DNA of 64,000 bases from Octopus sinensis (taxonomy: Eukaryota): positions 62,434,001 through 62,498,000 of the forward strand of contig NC_043008.1 of the NCBI RefSeq assembly GCF_006345805.1, given 5' to 3'. Shown piece by piece: positions 13,197 through 24,365 of this stretch. The position numbers and the translations under genes are program-made. The first letter of the stretch is position 1, and the number at the start of each line of letters is the position of its first letter. The notes beneath the pieces were generated by a model. That model searched no databases. It was not told the origin of the DNA and was given only the letters and a program-made list of their open reading frames with translations.

Positions 13197-13635
13197 ATAT
13201 ATAAATATACATGTGTATATATATATGGCGTTAGGAAGGGCATCCAGCTGTAGAAACATTGCCAGATCAGACTGGGCCTGGTGCAGCCTTCTGGCTTCCC
13301 AGACCCCAGTTGCACCGTCCAACCCATGCCAGCATGGAAAGCGGACGCTAAACGATGATGATGATGATGATGATGATGATATATCATCATCATCATTATC
13401 ATCAACCACGTTCGGATGGTGCTTTTTACTTGCCACCGGCACTGGTATCATAACTACAATTTCCATTTGATTTTTATTTTGATGTTGGTGTTGATGTACT
13501 TGACTCAATAAGTCTCCTCAAGCTCAGCAGGTTACTCCACGATCCAAGGTGAGCACAGCAGGTCGTCCTGTGAGCCAAGAACTCACTTCGTTTGTTGGGT
13601 CTTCGCAGTCATATATAATATATATATATATATAT
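12652..13635. repeat. Near-identical 471-bp tandem duplication of (TA)n plus two RTE 3' fragments
   Basis: Sequence at 12742 recurs at 13213; one substitution noticed (gttgaaccg vs gttgcaccg). Confidence 0.9.
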
Positions 13636-13734
13636 CTTTTTGCATTACTACTCACCACACGGGGATAATTGGAATTCTCTTCCTTCCTTATTTTTTCTAT
13701 ATCTATACATATATATATGTATGTATGTATATCC

Positions 13735-13998
13735 AGGCAGATTGTTTATGGAAGACCAGCAGTCGCCCATGCATACGGGCCTCCCTCTCAATGCCACCAG
13801 TGTTATCCAAGGGAAATGCAAAGGCCGATACAGCTTGGCACCTGTGACATCACGACTCATTTTTACAGCTGAGTGAACTGGAGCAACGTGAAATAAAGTG
13901 TCTTGCTCAAGAACACAACACGCATCTCGGTCCGGGATTCGAACTCACAACCTCATGATCATAAGCTTGACGCTCTAACCACTGAGCCATGCACCTTA
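13735..13998 (-). mobile_element. tRNA-derived SINE, group C variant
   Basis: Minus head tggctcagtggttagagc...gagttcgaatccc, then ttgagcaagacactttatttcacgttgctccagttcactcagctg. Confidence 0.85.
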
Positions 13999-14069
13999 CA
14001 TATATATATATATGTATGTATGCATATATGCATGCATGTTTGTATGCATGTATGTTTGTATATATGTAG

Positions 14070-14452
14070 TGGAGGCGCAATGGCCCAGTGGTTAGGGCAG
14101 CGAACTCACAGTCATAGGATCGCGGTTTCGATTCCCAGACCGGCCGTTGTGAGTGTTTATTGAGCGAAAACACCTAAAGTTCCACGAGGCTCCGACAGGG
14201 GATGGTGGTGATCCCTGCTGTACTCTTTCACCACAACTTTCTCTCACTCTTACTTCCTGTTTCTGTTGTACCTGTATTTCAAGGGGCCGGCCTTGTCACT
14301 CTCTGTGTCACGCTGAATATCCCTGAGAACTATGTTAAGGGTACATGTGTCTGTGGAGTGCTCAGCCACTTACACATTAATTTCACGAGCAGGCTGTTCC
14401 GTTGATTTGGATCAACCGGAACCCTCGTCGTCATAACCGATGGAGTGCTTTC
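14070..14452 (+). mobile_element. tRNA-derived SINE, group C
   Basis: ggcgcaatggcccagtggttagggcag...ggtttcgattccc head; 3' half shared with 60279-60596. Confidence 0.85.
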
Positions 14453-15695
14453 ACTGTATATATGTATGCATGTAGTTCAAATTTTCAGAAAACCGAAGAC
14501 GAAGACAGATGAAGGAGCAACAAGCAGGTGCATTAGTTTAATGCTCAGGAAGAATTGAAAAGCCCTTGATGTTTCGAACCTACTTTCTTCTTCTTTGAGA
14601 TAGTTGAGAGAGAAAAAAAATAGAGAGAGAATGAGAAAAAATGGAGAAAGAAAAAAAACGTGAAGGGAACAATGGTTCAACATGATGAAATGACTGGAAG
14701 AAAGAAACTGAGTGAAAGGGAGATAATAACAATGATTCAGCTGAACTAGGGTGTGCAATCGTGCGTGTGCTTGTGAGAATAGTGAGTGTGAGTATTCATT
14801 GTGTATGGATGAGTGTACATGTGTGTGGGGTCATTGTGTGTGTGCGTGTCTGTGTGTCTGTGCAAACGCATGGGCCTGTGTGTTTGTATGTAACTGTATA
14901 TATATATATATATATGTGTGTATATATATATATGTATATATGTATATATATATATATGTATATATGTATATATATATATGTATATATGTATATATATATG
15001 TATATATGTATATATATATTTAGGTATATATGTATGTATATATATATACATATATACATATATATATACATATATACATATATATATATACATATATACA
15101 TATATATATATATACATATATACATATATGTATATACACATATATATATATATATATACAGTTACATACAAACACACAGGCCCATGCGTTTGCACAGACA
15201 CACAGACACGCACACACACAATGACCCCACACACATGTACACTCATCCATACACAATGAATACTCACACTCACTATTCTCACAAGCACACGCACGATTGC
15301 ACACCCTAGTTCAGCTGAATCATTGTTATTATCTCCCTTTCACTCAGTTTTTTCTTCCAGTCATTTCATCATGTTGAACCATTGTTCCCTTCACGTTTTT
15401 TTTCTTTCTCCATTTTTTCTCATTCTCTCTCTATTTTTTTTCTCTCTCAACTCTCTCAAAGAAGAAGAAAGTAGGTTTGAAACATCAAGGGCTTTTCGAT
15501 TCTTTCTGAGCATTAAACTAATACACCTGCTTGTTGCTCCTTCATCTGTCTTCGTCTTCGGTTTTCTGAAAATTTGAACTACATGCATACATATATACAG
15601 TGAAAGCACTCCATCGGTTATGACAACGAGGGTTCCGGTTGATCCAAATCAACGGAACAGCCTGCTCGTGAAATTAATGTGTAAGTGGCTGAGCA
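14359..15695. repeat. About 1.34-kb palindrome (inverted duplication, arms about 660 bp)
   Basis: tgctcagccact at 14359 mirrors agtggctgagca ending at 15695; centre lies in (TA)n near 15020. Confidence 0.95.
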
Positions 15696-16464
15696 TTTGG
15701 TTCTGATGTTCGCTGAATTCTTCCTCTAGAGAATTTCCCTTGTAGTTTGATCGTTTATGATCTATTTCTAGCATTCTGGCCGGCTACCCAGCAGGCCAGC
15801 CCTGCCAATATACACATATATTTGAATTTTCTCTGACTCCTCAGATTTTTTGAATGCTGGACTACTGGTTTTAAATTGATATTAAAATTAATATTAATTT
15901 ATCTCCCTCAATTTTTAAATATTTAAATAAATACGTTCCCTAGCAGTAAGATTTACCCGCAGTGAATTATTCACTGCAGCCCTTCACTTCAGGAGTCTCT
16001 TAGCACGCCGGAACCAAGACATTTGAAATTTTATTCCCGATGTAATCAGTAAGACTAAGCGCGTGTCTGTCTTGACACAGAGAGCTGGGGTTAGTCTTGC
16101 GGTTTGCATCTCGAGGACCGAATGTACTGAAGAAGTCACGGACACTTGAATTATGCAAGTAATTCTTTTGTTAAGACCGAAACCGAGGTATGCATTTAAG
16201 TCTATTTTTTATTTAATTTTTCATATGTCCTGCCCGCCAAATTTGGTTCTGGTGTTCGCTGAATTCTTCCTCTAGAGAATTTCCCTTGTAGTTTGATCGT
16301 TTATGATCTATTTCTAGCATTCTGGCCGGCTACCTAGCAGGCCAGCCCTGCCAATATACACATATATTTGAATTTTCTCTGACTCCTCAGATTTTTTGAA
16401 TGCTGGACTACTGGTTTTAAATTGATATTAAAATTAATATTAATTTATCTCCCTCAATTTTTAA

Positions 16465-16466
<2 letters not shown>
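15695..16466 (+). mobile_element. 546-bp HHR-bearing unit plus 226-bp partial second copy (retrozyme/PLE-like)
   Basis: atttggttctg recurs at 15695 and 16241; one HHR at 16120-16197; no ORF. Confidence 0.8.
16120..16197 (+). ncRNA. Type I hammerhead ribozyme motif
   Basis: Stem I gaatgta/tgcattt, CTGAAGA, stem II gtc...gac with long loop, GAAAC-cgag-GTA. Confidence 0.75.
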
Positions 16467-16513
<47 letters not shown>

Positions 16514-16851
16514 TATGTATATATATGTGTGTACGCATTGAGTCGAACCAGGGGCAGCTGATGAAGGGGAATTTTCTTTGTATTGTTTGTCCTGTACTCT
16601 GTTTTTTCGTTGATAAAAAAAGTCTGTTTCCTTGTTTGATTTTATGCTTTCGTTTCTTGTTGTGTTCTACATTTATTTGTGTTCTACATTTATATGCACG
16701 TATATATACATATAGATGTAAGTATGTACATATATGTATGTATATATGCATATGTTTTATTTATTATATTGTTATTATATATATATATATATTACGGAGA
16801 TGTACTTGCATAGCAAGTGATTTGATCTGAGATCGTGTGCTGAAACGAAAG

Positions 16852-17132
16852 CAATTGCAGCGTGGAAGGTGTTTGTAAGCCATTTAAGAAACACACAAAA
16901 GTCGTTCGATTCACTTCAACATTTAAGTTTAATTTGTCAAAATATTTTCATCGCTTTAAGACCGCGACCTGTTCACTGACAAAAATCTGTGCTGCACGTA
17001 TTTTTGTCTGAACAGGTCGTGGTCTGAAAGCGAAGAAAATATTTTGACAAATTAAACTTAAATGTTGAAGTGAATCGAACGGGTTTTGTGTGTTTCTTAA
17101 ATGGCTTACAAACATCTTCCACGCTGCAATTG
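16852..17132. repeat. About 280-bp palindrome, each arm carrying an HHR-like fold
   Basis: caattgcagcgtggaagg...gacaaaaat mirrors atttttgtc...cttccacgctgcaattg. Confidence 0.92.
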
Positions 17133-17133
17133 T

Positions 17134-17171
<38 letters not shown>

Positions 17172-17173
<2 letters not shown>

Positions 17174-17334
17174 CGCAGGAGTGGCTGTGTGGTAAGTAGC
17201 TTGGTTACCAACCACATGGTTCCGGGTTCAGTCCCACTGCGTGGCATCTTGGGCAAGTGTCTTCTGCTATAGCCCCGGGCTAACCAATGCCTGGTGAGTG
17301 GATTTGGTAGACGGAAACTGAAAGAAGCCTGTCG

Positions 17335-17367
<33 letters not shown>

Positions 17368-17452
17368 TTGTGTGTCTGTGTTTGTCCCCCTATCATTGCT
17401 TGACAACCGATGCTCCAGCATGGCCGCAGTCAAATGACTGAAACAAGTAAAA
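17172..17452 (+). mobile_element. SINE family A with internal deletion
   Basis: Intact head; caaccgatgct is joined directly to the ccagcatggccgcag tail. Confidence 0.9.
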
Positions 17453-17456
17453 AAAA

Positions 17457-17514
<58 letters not shown>

Positions 17515-18049
17515 CTCATGTAAAACCTTTCTAGTATGCTATGCAAAGCTCATATGCAGTTTTTGGCTATCGGATATATATCAGGAATTCCATAGTATCC
17601 ATAGAATTCATATAAATACATAAATGCTATAAAATAAAATAAAATAAAAGATATTCTTTATTTAAAGTCACTACAATTGCTTCAGCACATTTTCACACCA
17701 GTAGAATGCTGGTAAAATGTTGTATAATCTTTACAAATCATCCAAGGTGTAAAGTGCACCTCGTTTGGTGATTGGTTTTAGATCCTATCAAATTTTCACC
17801 TGGTGTGAGATTGAACATACAAAGTAATGTGTCATTTTCAATAACCTACAGACAAAACTAAATTCATAGACACAGTGACAGACAAAACAATTATAATCAA
17901 AATACAAAATACAGAAATGAGAACTAGACAGGTATTTCTTATTTTATTTCCTTTTATTTCAGTCTTTAGAAATAAGCATGTGTATGGGTGTGTATACATA
18001 CACACACACACACACACACACATACACACATATATATAAAAATATATAT

Positions 18050-18250
18050 AGGGAAAGTTTACGAATAAAACAAAAGATGAAGACAGGTGGTGTACAAAAC
18101 AAACAGATGTATTAGTATAATGCTCAGGAATAGAAAAAGTCTTTTACGTTTTGAGCCTACGCTCTTCTACAGAAAGGTACACAGAAAAAACAAGGAGAGA
18201 AACGAGGAGAGAAAACAATGTGTGTAGTGGCTAACGATCTATCATGGTGA
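18050..18250 (-). mobile_element. Family D element, HHR-like motif at 18141-18176 (GAAA mutated)
   Basis: cttt-CTGTAGA-a-gagc-gtag-gctc-AAAAC-GTA-aaag. Confidence 0.75.
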
Positions 18251-18509
18251 CTAATTATATATACATATATATACTTATATATTAATCTTTCAAATGAAAG
18301 TAAGAAAATGGAGATATAGCATTTAATATAAACTTATTATCTGCAACAGTCAAACATAGTCCCTTACAGCTGTTTCAATAGTGATTATTAAAACATAGTC
18401 CCTTATAGCTGTTAAATAGCGATTATTAAAATTATTATATTAGACAAAATCTCTTTAGAGGGGTAGAAAAAAGATAAACCATCTCTTAATGAGGCTAATT
18501 TAACCTCTA

Positions 18510-18710
18510 ATTCAATTGTATTTTCCCTAAGAGCCTGGGGAACCTGCAATAAGTAGATGTAGGCATTTTAAAATCAAGACTGGACCTCTACTTGTCGAGA
18601 GTCCCAGATGAACCTATCTCAGAGCAAGAGGTGCAAATGAGGGTAGCTACATCGAACGCCATTCTTCACAATGTAGCATGGCCACAGCGCTGAGCTGAAA
18701 CTAACGAAAA
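18510..18710 (+). mobile_element. CR1-group LINE, extreme 3' fragment
   Basis: PKSLGNLQ*VDVGILKSRLDLYLSRVPDEP...QMRVATSN, followed by tail agcatggccacagc..gctgaaac. Confidence 0.7.
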
Positions 18711-18786
18711 ATATTTATACAAGCAATAAATTAGATAGATTTAATAGACAATCCAGTAACTTACTTCTATCCTTAGTTTGTTACAT

Positions 18787-18837
<51 letters not shown>

Positions 18838-18885
18838 TTATATATATATGTATATATATATATGTATATGTATATATATATGTAT

Positions 18886-18957
<72 letters not shown>

Positions 18958-18996
18958 ATATGATTTGTGTATATCCATGCATATATAAACAAATAT

Positions 18997-19239
18997 CCTT
19001 TTATTCTTTCATTTACTTCAGTCATTTCAGCATCATGCTAAGGGGTTCTAGTTGAACAAATCGACCCAAGGACTTATTCTTTGTAAGCCTAGTATTTATT
19101 CTTTCAGTCTCTTTTTCCCCAACTGCTAAGTGATGAGGACATAAACACACCAGCACTGGTTGTCAGGTGATGGCAGGGGCAAGGGACACAAACATACTCA
19201 CACATAAACACATATACATATATAGACACACACATATAT

Positions 19240-19293
<54 letters not shown>

Positions 19294-19428
19294 ATGAGCT
19301 TCTTTCAGTTTCCATCTTCTAAATCGGCCGAAGGCTATAGTAGAAGACACTTGCTAAAAATGCCATACAGTGGAAGTGAACCTGGAACCATGTGATTGGA
19401 AAGCAACCTTCTTACCACACAGCCCTGT
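18997..19428 (-). mobile_element. SINE family A, diverged
   Basis: Colinear with other A copies. Confidence 0.8.
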
Positions 19429-19792
19429 ATGTGTATATATATTTCATTTTACTTTATTATAATATTTGTTTCTTGGCTCTATCAAATTGGTGCAGCCTTC
19501 TGGCATGCTAGCCCTCAGTTAAACTGTTCAACCCATGCCAGCATGGAAAGTAGAAGTTAAACGATGATGATGATGATGATGATGATGATGTTGTGTGTGT
19601 GTGTGTGTGTGTTTGTTTTATGGTATTAAATTTGACACTGCAAGTTTGTTCCACAACTCCAACCTGAAATTTCATGCCAGTGTGAGCGTCAGGCAAAGAT
19701 TTAATAAAAAAAAAAACATCCTCTATGATAAGTATTGAGCACTCTTTACTCGTTCATCCAATATCTATGAATGTATATGTGTGTGTGTGTAC

Positions 19793-19823
<31 letters not shown>

Positions 19824-20705
19824 TATATATATATGCAGCTCTCTCCTGTTTTCACTTTATGCTCATTTACTCTTGCCTAGTAATCTTTCTGCCATTCTCT
19901 TCTCACTCTTTATTACTATCATACTTTCTCTATAACTTCTTCTTATTCGTTTCGGTATTTGTTTATTTCTTCTCTTGTGTAGGAGTGTTTCCTCATGCCA
20001 TTTTGTTTTTAATTTCCTTTTGTCTAAATTTATTAATCACCATGAATTTTTCTAATTACTATTTACAGTTGTACGAAGCCAGGACTATAGCCATCACATA
20101 CAAATGTTGACATTATTTTCCAATACAATTAAAATTTTCTTCCCTTGTTTTATTTCTGATTAGTGTTGTAAACAGCTTCAGCTGTTGTGAAGTCAGTTTG
20201 TTACACAATGAATTATAATAATATAAGAGTTTTAATGAACTTTGTTGTTTTAAATTATGGAGTTTTTTTTTACAATATATTCACCTTAATTATAGTTGAG
20301 ATTCTAATACATTGTTTACTGTATCACTATAGTGTCTGGACTTAACCTAAACCTGCTACTTTTAAAATTTATGCAAATGAGATCTGTTGATGTTTAAGGA
20401 GTGCTTTACATGGGTGACATATTAATTAGCTGTTTTAAATAGTTATTTTAAATGTACATAAATGAGCTTTTACTGTTATTATAAATTAGTTCATTGTATT
20501 GTAAGGATGATGTTGTTTATTAAGTCTGCTTTCCTGCTACGTACATGGTTTTGAGTTCAAATCCACTGTGAAGCACCTTGGATAAGTATCTTTTATTGTA
20601 GTTCCAGGCTTACCAATGCTTTATGAATGGATTTGGTACATGGAAACTGAAAGAAGACTAAAGACTATATATATAAATATATGCATACATATCATATATG
20701 TATAT

Positions 20706-20938
20706 ATTTCTTTATTACCCACAAGGGGCTAAACATAGAGGGGACAAACAAGGACAGACAAAGGGATTAAGTCGATTGCATCGATCCCAGTGCGTAACTG
20801 GTACTTAATTTATCGACCCCGAAAGGATGAAAGGCAAAGTCGACCTCGGTGGAATTTGAACTCAGGATGTAACGGCAGACGAAATATGGCTACGCATTTC
20901 GCCCGGCGTGCTAACGTCTCTGCTAGCTCGCCGCCTTA
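20706..20938 (-). mobile_element. SINE family B monomer, well preserved
   Basis: Full head-to-tail match; atatcatatatgtatata on both flanks. Confidence 0.9.
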
Positions 20939-21168
20939 TATATCATATATGTATATATGTGTGTGTATATATATATATATATATATCTATAGTACAAAGT
21001 AAGATAGGGGTTATGGGTGTAACCCACTATGGGGTAACATTTATTCAGTATACTGTTGGTACAGAACCCAGATTCTTAATACATAAATGTTTTTAATTGC
21101 AATGCAATTAACTCATTTATTGTATTAAACAGGTGAAGATAAAGAAATATTTTTACCGTAAATTTATA

Positions 21169-21628
21169 ATACAAATAAGAAAATGGAGAAACCAATTTAG
21201 TGTTTTCATCAACTTTCGGATATTATAATGTTGGATTATTTATTCATTTAACAAAATGAGAACATCAATAGCATATAAATATATCCTGTAATTCAATACA
21301 TATAAGATATAAGATAAAAAAATACAAATTATAAAAGTCATAATATAAATTAATGAAATCATTAAAATCACTTCTTACAGCTGTCTCAGCCTATGGCTAA
21401 ATGTAGATAATTTTATTTTCATTGCCTATAGTTGTCAACATACTAAGGTTATAGGCATATAAAATAGAGTACTTTGTATTTGTTATCTTATATCTTATAT
21501 GTATTGAATAACAGGATATATTTATATGCTATTGATGTTCTCATTTTGCTAAATGAATAAATAATCCAACATTATAATATCCGAAAGTTGATGAAAAAAC
21601 TAAATTTGTTTCACCATTTTCTTATTTG

Positions 21629-21631
<3 letters not shown>
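21169..21631. repeat. Inverted repeat, about 160-bp arms with 144-bp spacer
   Basis: 21169-21328 is the reverse complement of 21473-21631 with few mismatches. Confidence 0.92.
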
Positions 21632-21663
<32 letters not shown>

Positions 21664-21672
21664 CTCTGTATA

Positions 21673-21862
21673 GGGAGAATTCACAAAAAAAAATCAAAAG
21701 ACGAAGACAGGTGGTGTAGACAACAAACAGATGTATTAGTTTAATGCTCAGGAAGTGAAAAAGTCTTTAACGTTTCGAGCCTATGCTCTTCCACAGAGAG
21801 GACCACAGAAAGAAACAAGGAGAGAAAATAAAGAATGTGTAGTGGCTAGGGATCTATCATGG
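21673..21862 (-). mobile_element. Family D element, HHR-like motif at 21765-21800
   Basis: ctct-CTGTGGA-a-gagc-atag-gctc-GAAAC-GTT-aaag. Confidence 0.75.
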
Positions 21863-22009
21863 AGATTTGTCTACACACACACACACACGCATACATGTAT
21901 GTATGCATGTATGTATGTGTTTATGTATGTCATTATTCAGTTTTATTTCAAACCTAGATCCAAGGTACCTTCACTAGAATTTCAACATCAACATACATAC
22001 ATATATATA

Positions 22010-22832
22010 TCATCATCATCATCATCATCATTTAGCGTCCGTTTTCCATGCTAGCATGGGTTGGACGGTTCTACTGGGGTCTGTGAAGCCAGAAGGCTTC
22101 ATCAGGCCCAGTCAAATCTGGCAGTGTTTCTACGGCTGGATGCCCTTCCTAACGCCAACCACTCCGTGAGTGTAGTGGGTGCTTTTTACGTGCCACCCGC
22201 ACTGGTGCCAGACAGAGCTGGCAAACGGCCACGAACGGATGGTGCTTTTTATGTGCCACCGGCACGAGGGCCAGGCGAGGCTGGCAACGGACACGAAACG
22301 GGGCGGTGCTGGCAACGGTCGCGAAACGGAAAGTTCTCTTACATGCCACCGGCACTGGTAACACATCTGCAATTTCCATTGATCGATTTCCATTGATCGA
22401 TTTCGATTCTGATCCTCACTTGCCTCAACACGTCTTCACAAGTAGAGTTTTGTGTCCCAAGAAGGGAAGGTATGCATACGTAGGCTGGCTCCATCCCATG
22501 TAGAAGGCCACGGGTTGTGGACTCACTTGTCCTGCCGGGTCTTCTCGCGCACAGCACACTTCCAGAGGTCTCGGTCTCTAGTCATTTCCTCAGTGAGACC
22601 TAAAGTTCGAAGGTCGTGCTTCACCACCTCATCCCAGGTTTTCCTGGGTCTGCCTCTTCCACAGGTTCCCTCAACCGCTAGGGTGTGGCACTTTTTCACA
22701 CAACTATCTTCATCCATTCTCGCCACATGACCATACCAGCGCAAACGTCTCTCTTGCACACCACAACTGATGCTTCTTAGGTCCAGCTTTTCTCTCAAGG
22801 TACTTACACTCTGCCGAGTGTGAGTACCGGCA
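22010..22832 (-). mobile_element. RTE LINE, 5'-truncated: ORF end, full 3' UTR and (GAT)n tail
   Basis: QERRLRWYGHVARMDED...GRGRPRKTWDEVVKHDL...DRDLWKCAVREKTRQDK*, stop at 22523, then about 500 bp of UTR. Confidence 0.92.
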
Positions 22833-22984
22833 TACATATATATATATGTATGTTTGTGTCTATGTATGTATGTATGTATGTATGTATGTATTTATGTAGG
22901 TATGTATGTATATGTGCAGACTTGTATGTTTTGTTTTATACATATATTCCCATGCATATAGTTGGATGTCTACACATGCACATA

Positions 22985-23215
22985 TATACTTGAATGATAA
23001 ATGTCTGGAGAGTTTTACCGATTTTTACAGTTCCAGTGATGGCTTGGATCTGTAATCTTCGAATCAGCTTTCTCCTTTCTGATTTTGAGGAGCCTAATTT
23101 CTCAAGATTAGTATTTAGACAATGTGTTATATGTCCCAGTATCCCAATAATTACCAGTATAAACGTGAACTTGTAATCTGGATAGAATAGCTTTAGATTT
23201 CTCAATCGTTCATGT
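22985..23215 (-). mobile_element. Restriction-like-endonuclease non-LTR retrotransposon, C-terminal fragment
   Basis: LRNLKLFYPDYKFTFILVIIGILG...RRLQIQAITGTVKI; parallels the IPVIVGALG/LTGT region at 27150-27290. Confidence 0.65.
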
Positions 23216-23316
23216 GTAGGTTTATGTATGTATGCACATATGTATATACAGATACACACACGCACATACATATGTGCACACACTTACCCATATGTGCCGA
23301 TATATATATATATATA

Positions 23317-23357
<41 letters not shown>

Positions 23358-23597
23358 GTATTTCAAAATAGAAAATTACCCTTTAACAAGGTAAAGGTTT
23401 TTATTTTTCATGTACTTCGAAATTTGCTATAAAATTGTGGTTTTTGGCCGTGTTGGCTGCTATTTTTAGCATGTAAAAATTGCCTGTTAATGGGTAATTT
23501 TGAAATACGAATATGTTGTCTATTGACTTTTTATACATGCTAGGCCACTAGTGGTGATATTTATAACGAGTATTCACCACCCCATATATATATATAT

Positions 23598-23633
<36 letters not shown>

Positions 23634-23954
23634 TATATACGTTTGTATCTGTGAATATGTGTGTATATATGAATGTGTTTGTGTCCCCCATGTCTTTTAA
23701 AATTGCTTGCCACCCTCCTCCTCTTCTTCTTCGTCTTCTTCTTGATATTGTGAAATAGTTATAAACAAACACCTGCTTCATATATGCAGAATCCTTCATT
23801 TTCAGATTTTTGTGTAAACATATCTGACCAAGGGGAAATATTACCTTGCCAGGAAACAATTGAGGGTTGGTTTCAAGGAGGACATCAGGTTACAGAAAAA
23901 CTTGCTTCAATGATTTTTGTATAATCCATGGAAACATAGAAAAGTGGGTGATGT

Positions 23955-24365
23955 TGATGATGATGATGGTGGTGGTGGTGGTGGTGGTAGTAGTGGTGGT
24001 GATGTTGATAATGACAACAAAGACAAGGACTGGGATGAGGAGAGGAAGGAGGAGGAAGAGGAGAATGATGAGAGGAAGAGAGTAAGAATGAGAGGAGGAG
24101 GATAAGGATGAGAGGAGAGGAGAAGAATGGGAGAAAGATAAGAATGGGAAGGTAAAGATGGGGAGGAGGATAAGGATGAGAAGAGGAGGGAAAGAAGGCG
24201 GAGAGGAGGAGGGAAAGAAGGATGAGAGCAGGAGAAAAAGAAGGGAAAGAAGGATGGGAGCAGGAGAAGAAGGAGGAAAAGGAACAGGAGGGGAGTGGGA
24301 TGTGGATGAGAGTTGTAGTAGTAGTAGTAGTCGGAGGCGGAGGAGGAGGAGGGGAGGAGGAATAG
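23955..24365. repeat. (GAT)/(GGT) repeats and polypurine low-complexity tract
   Basis: Direct reading. Confidence 0.9.
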
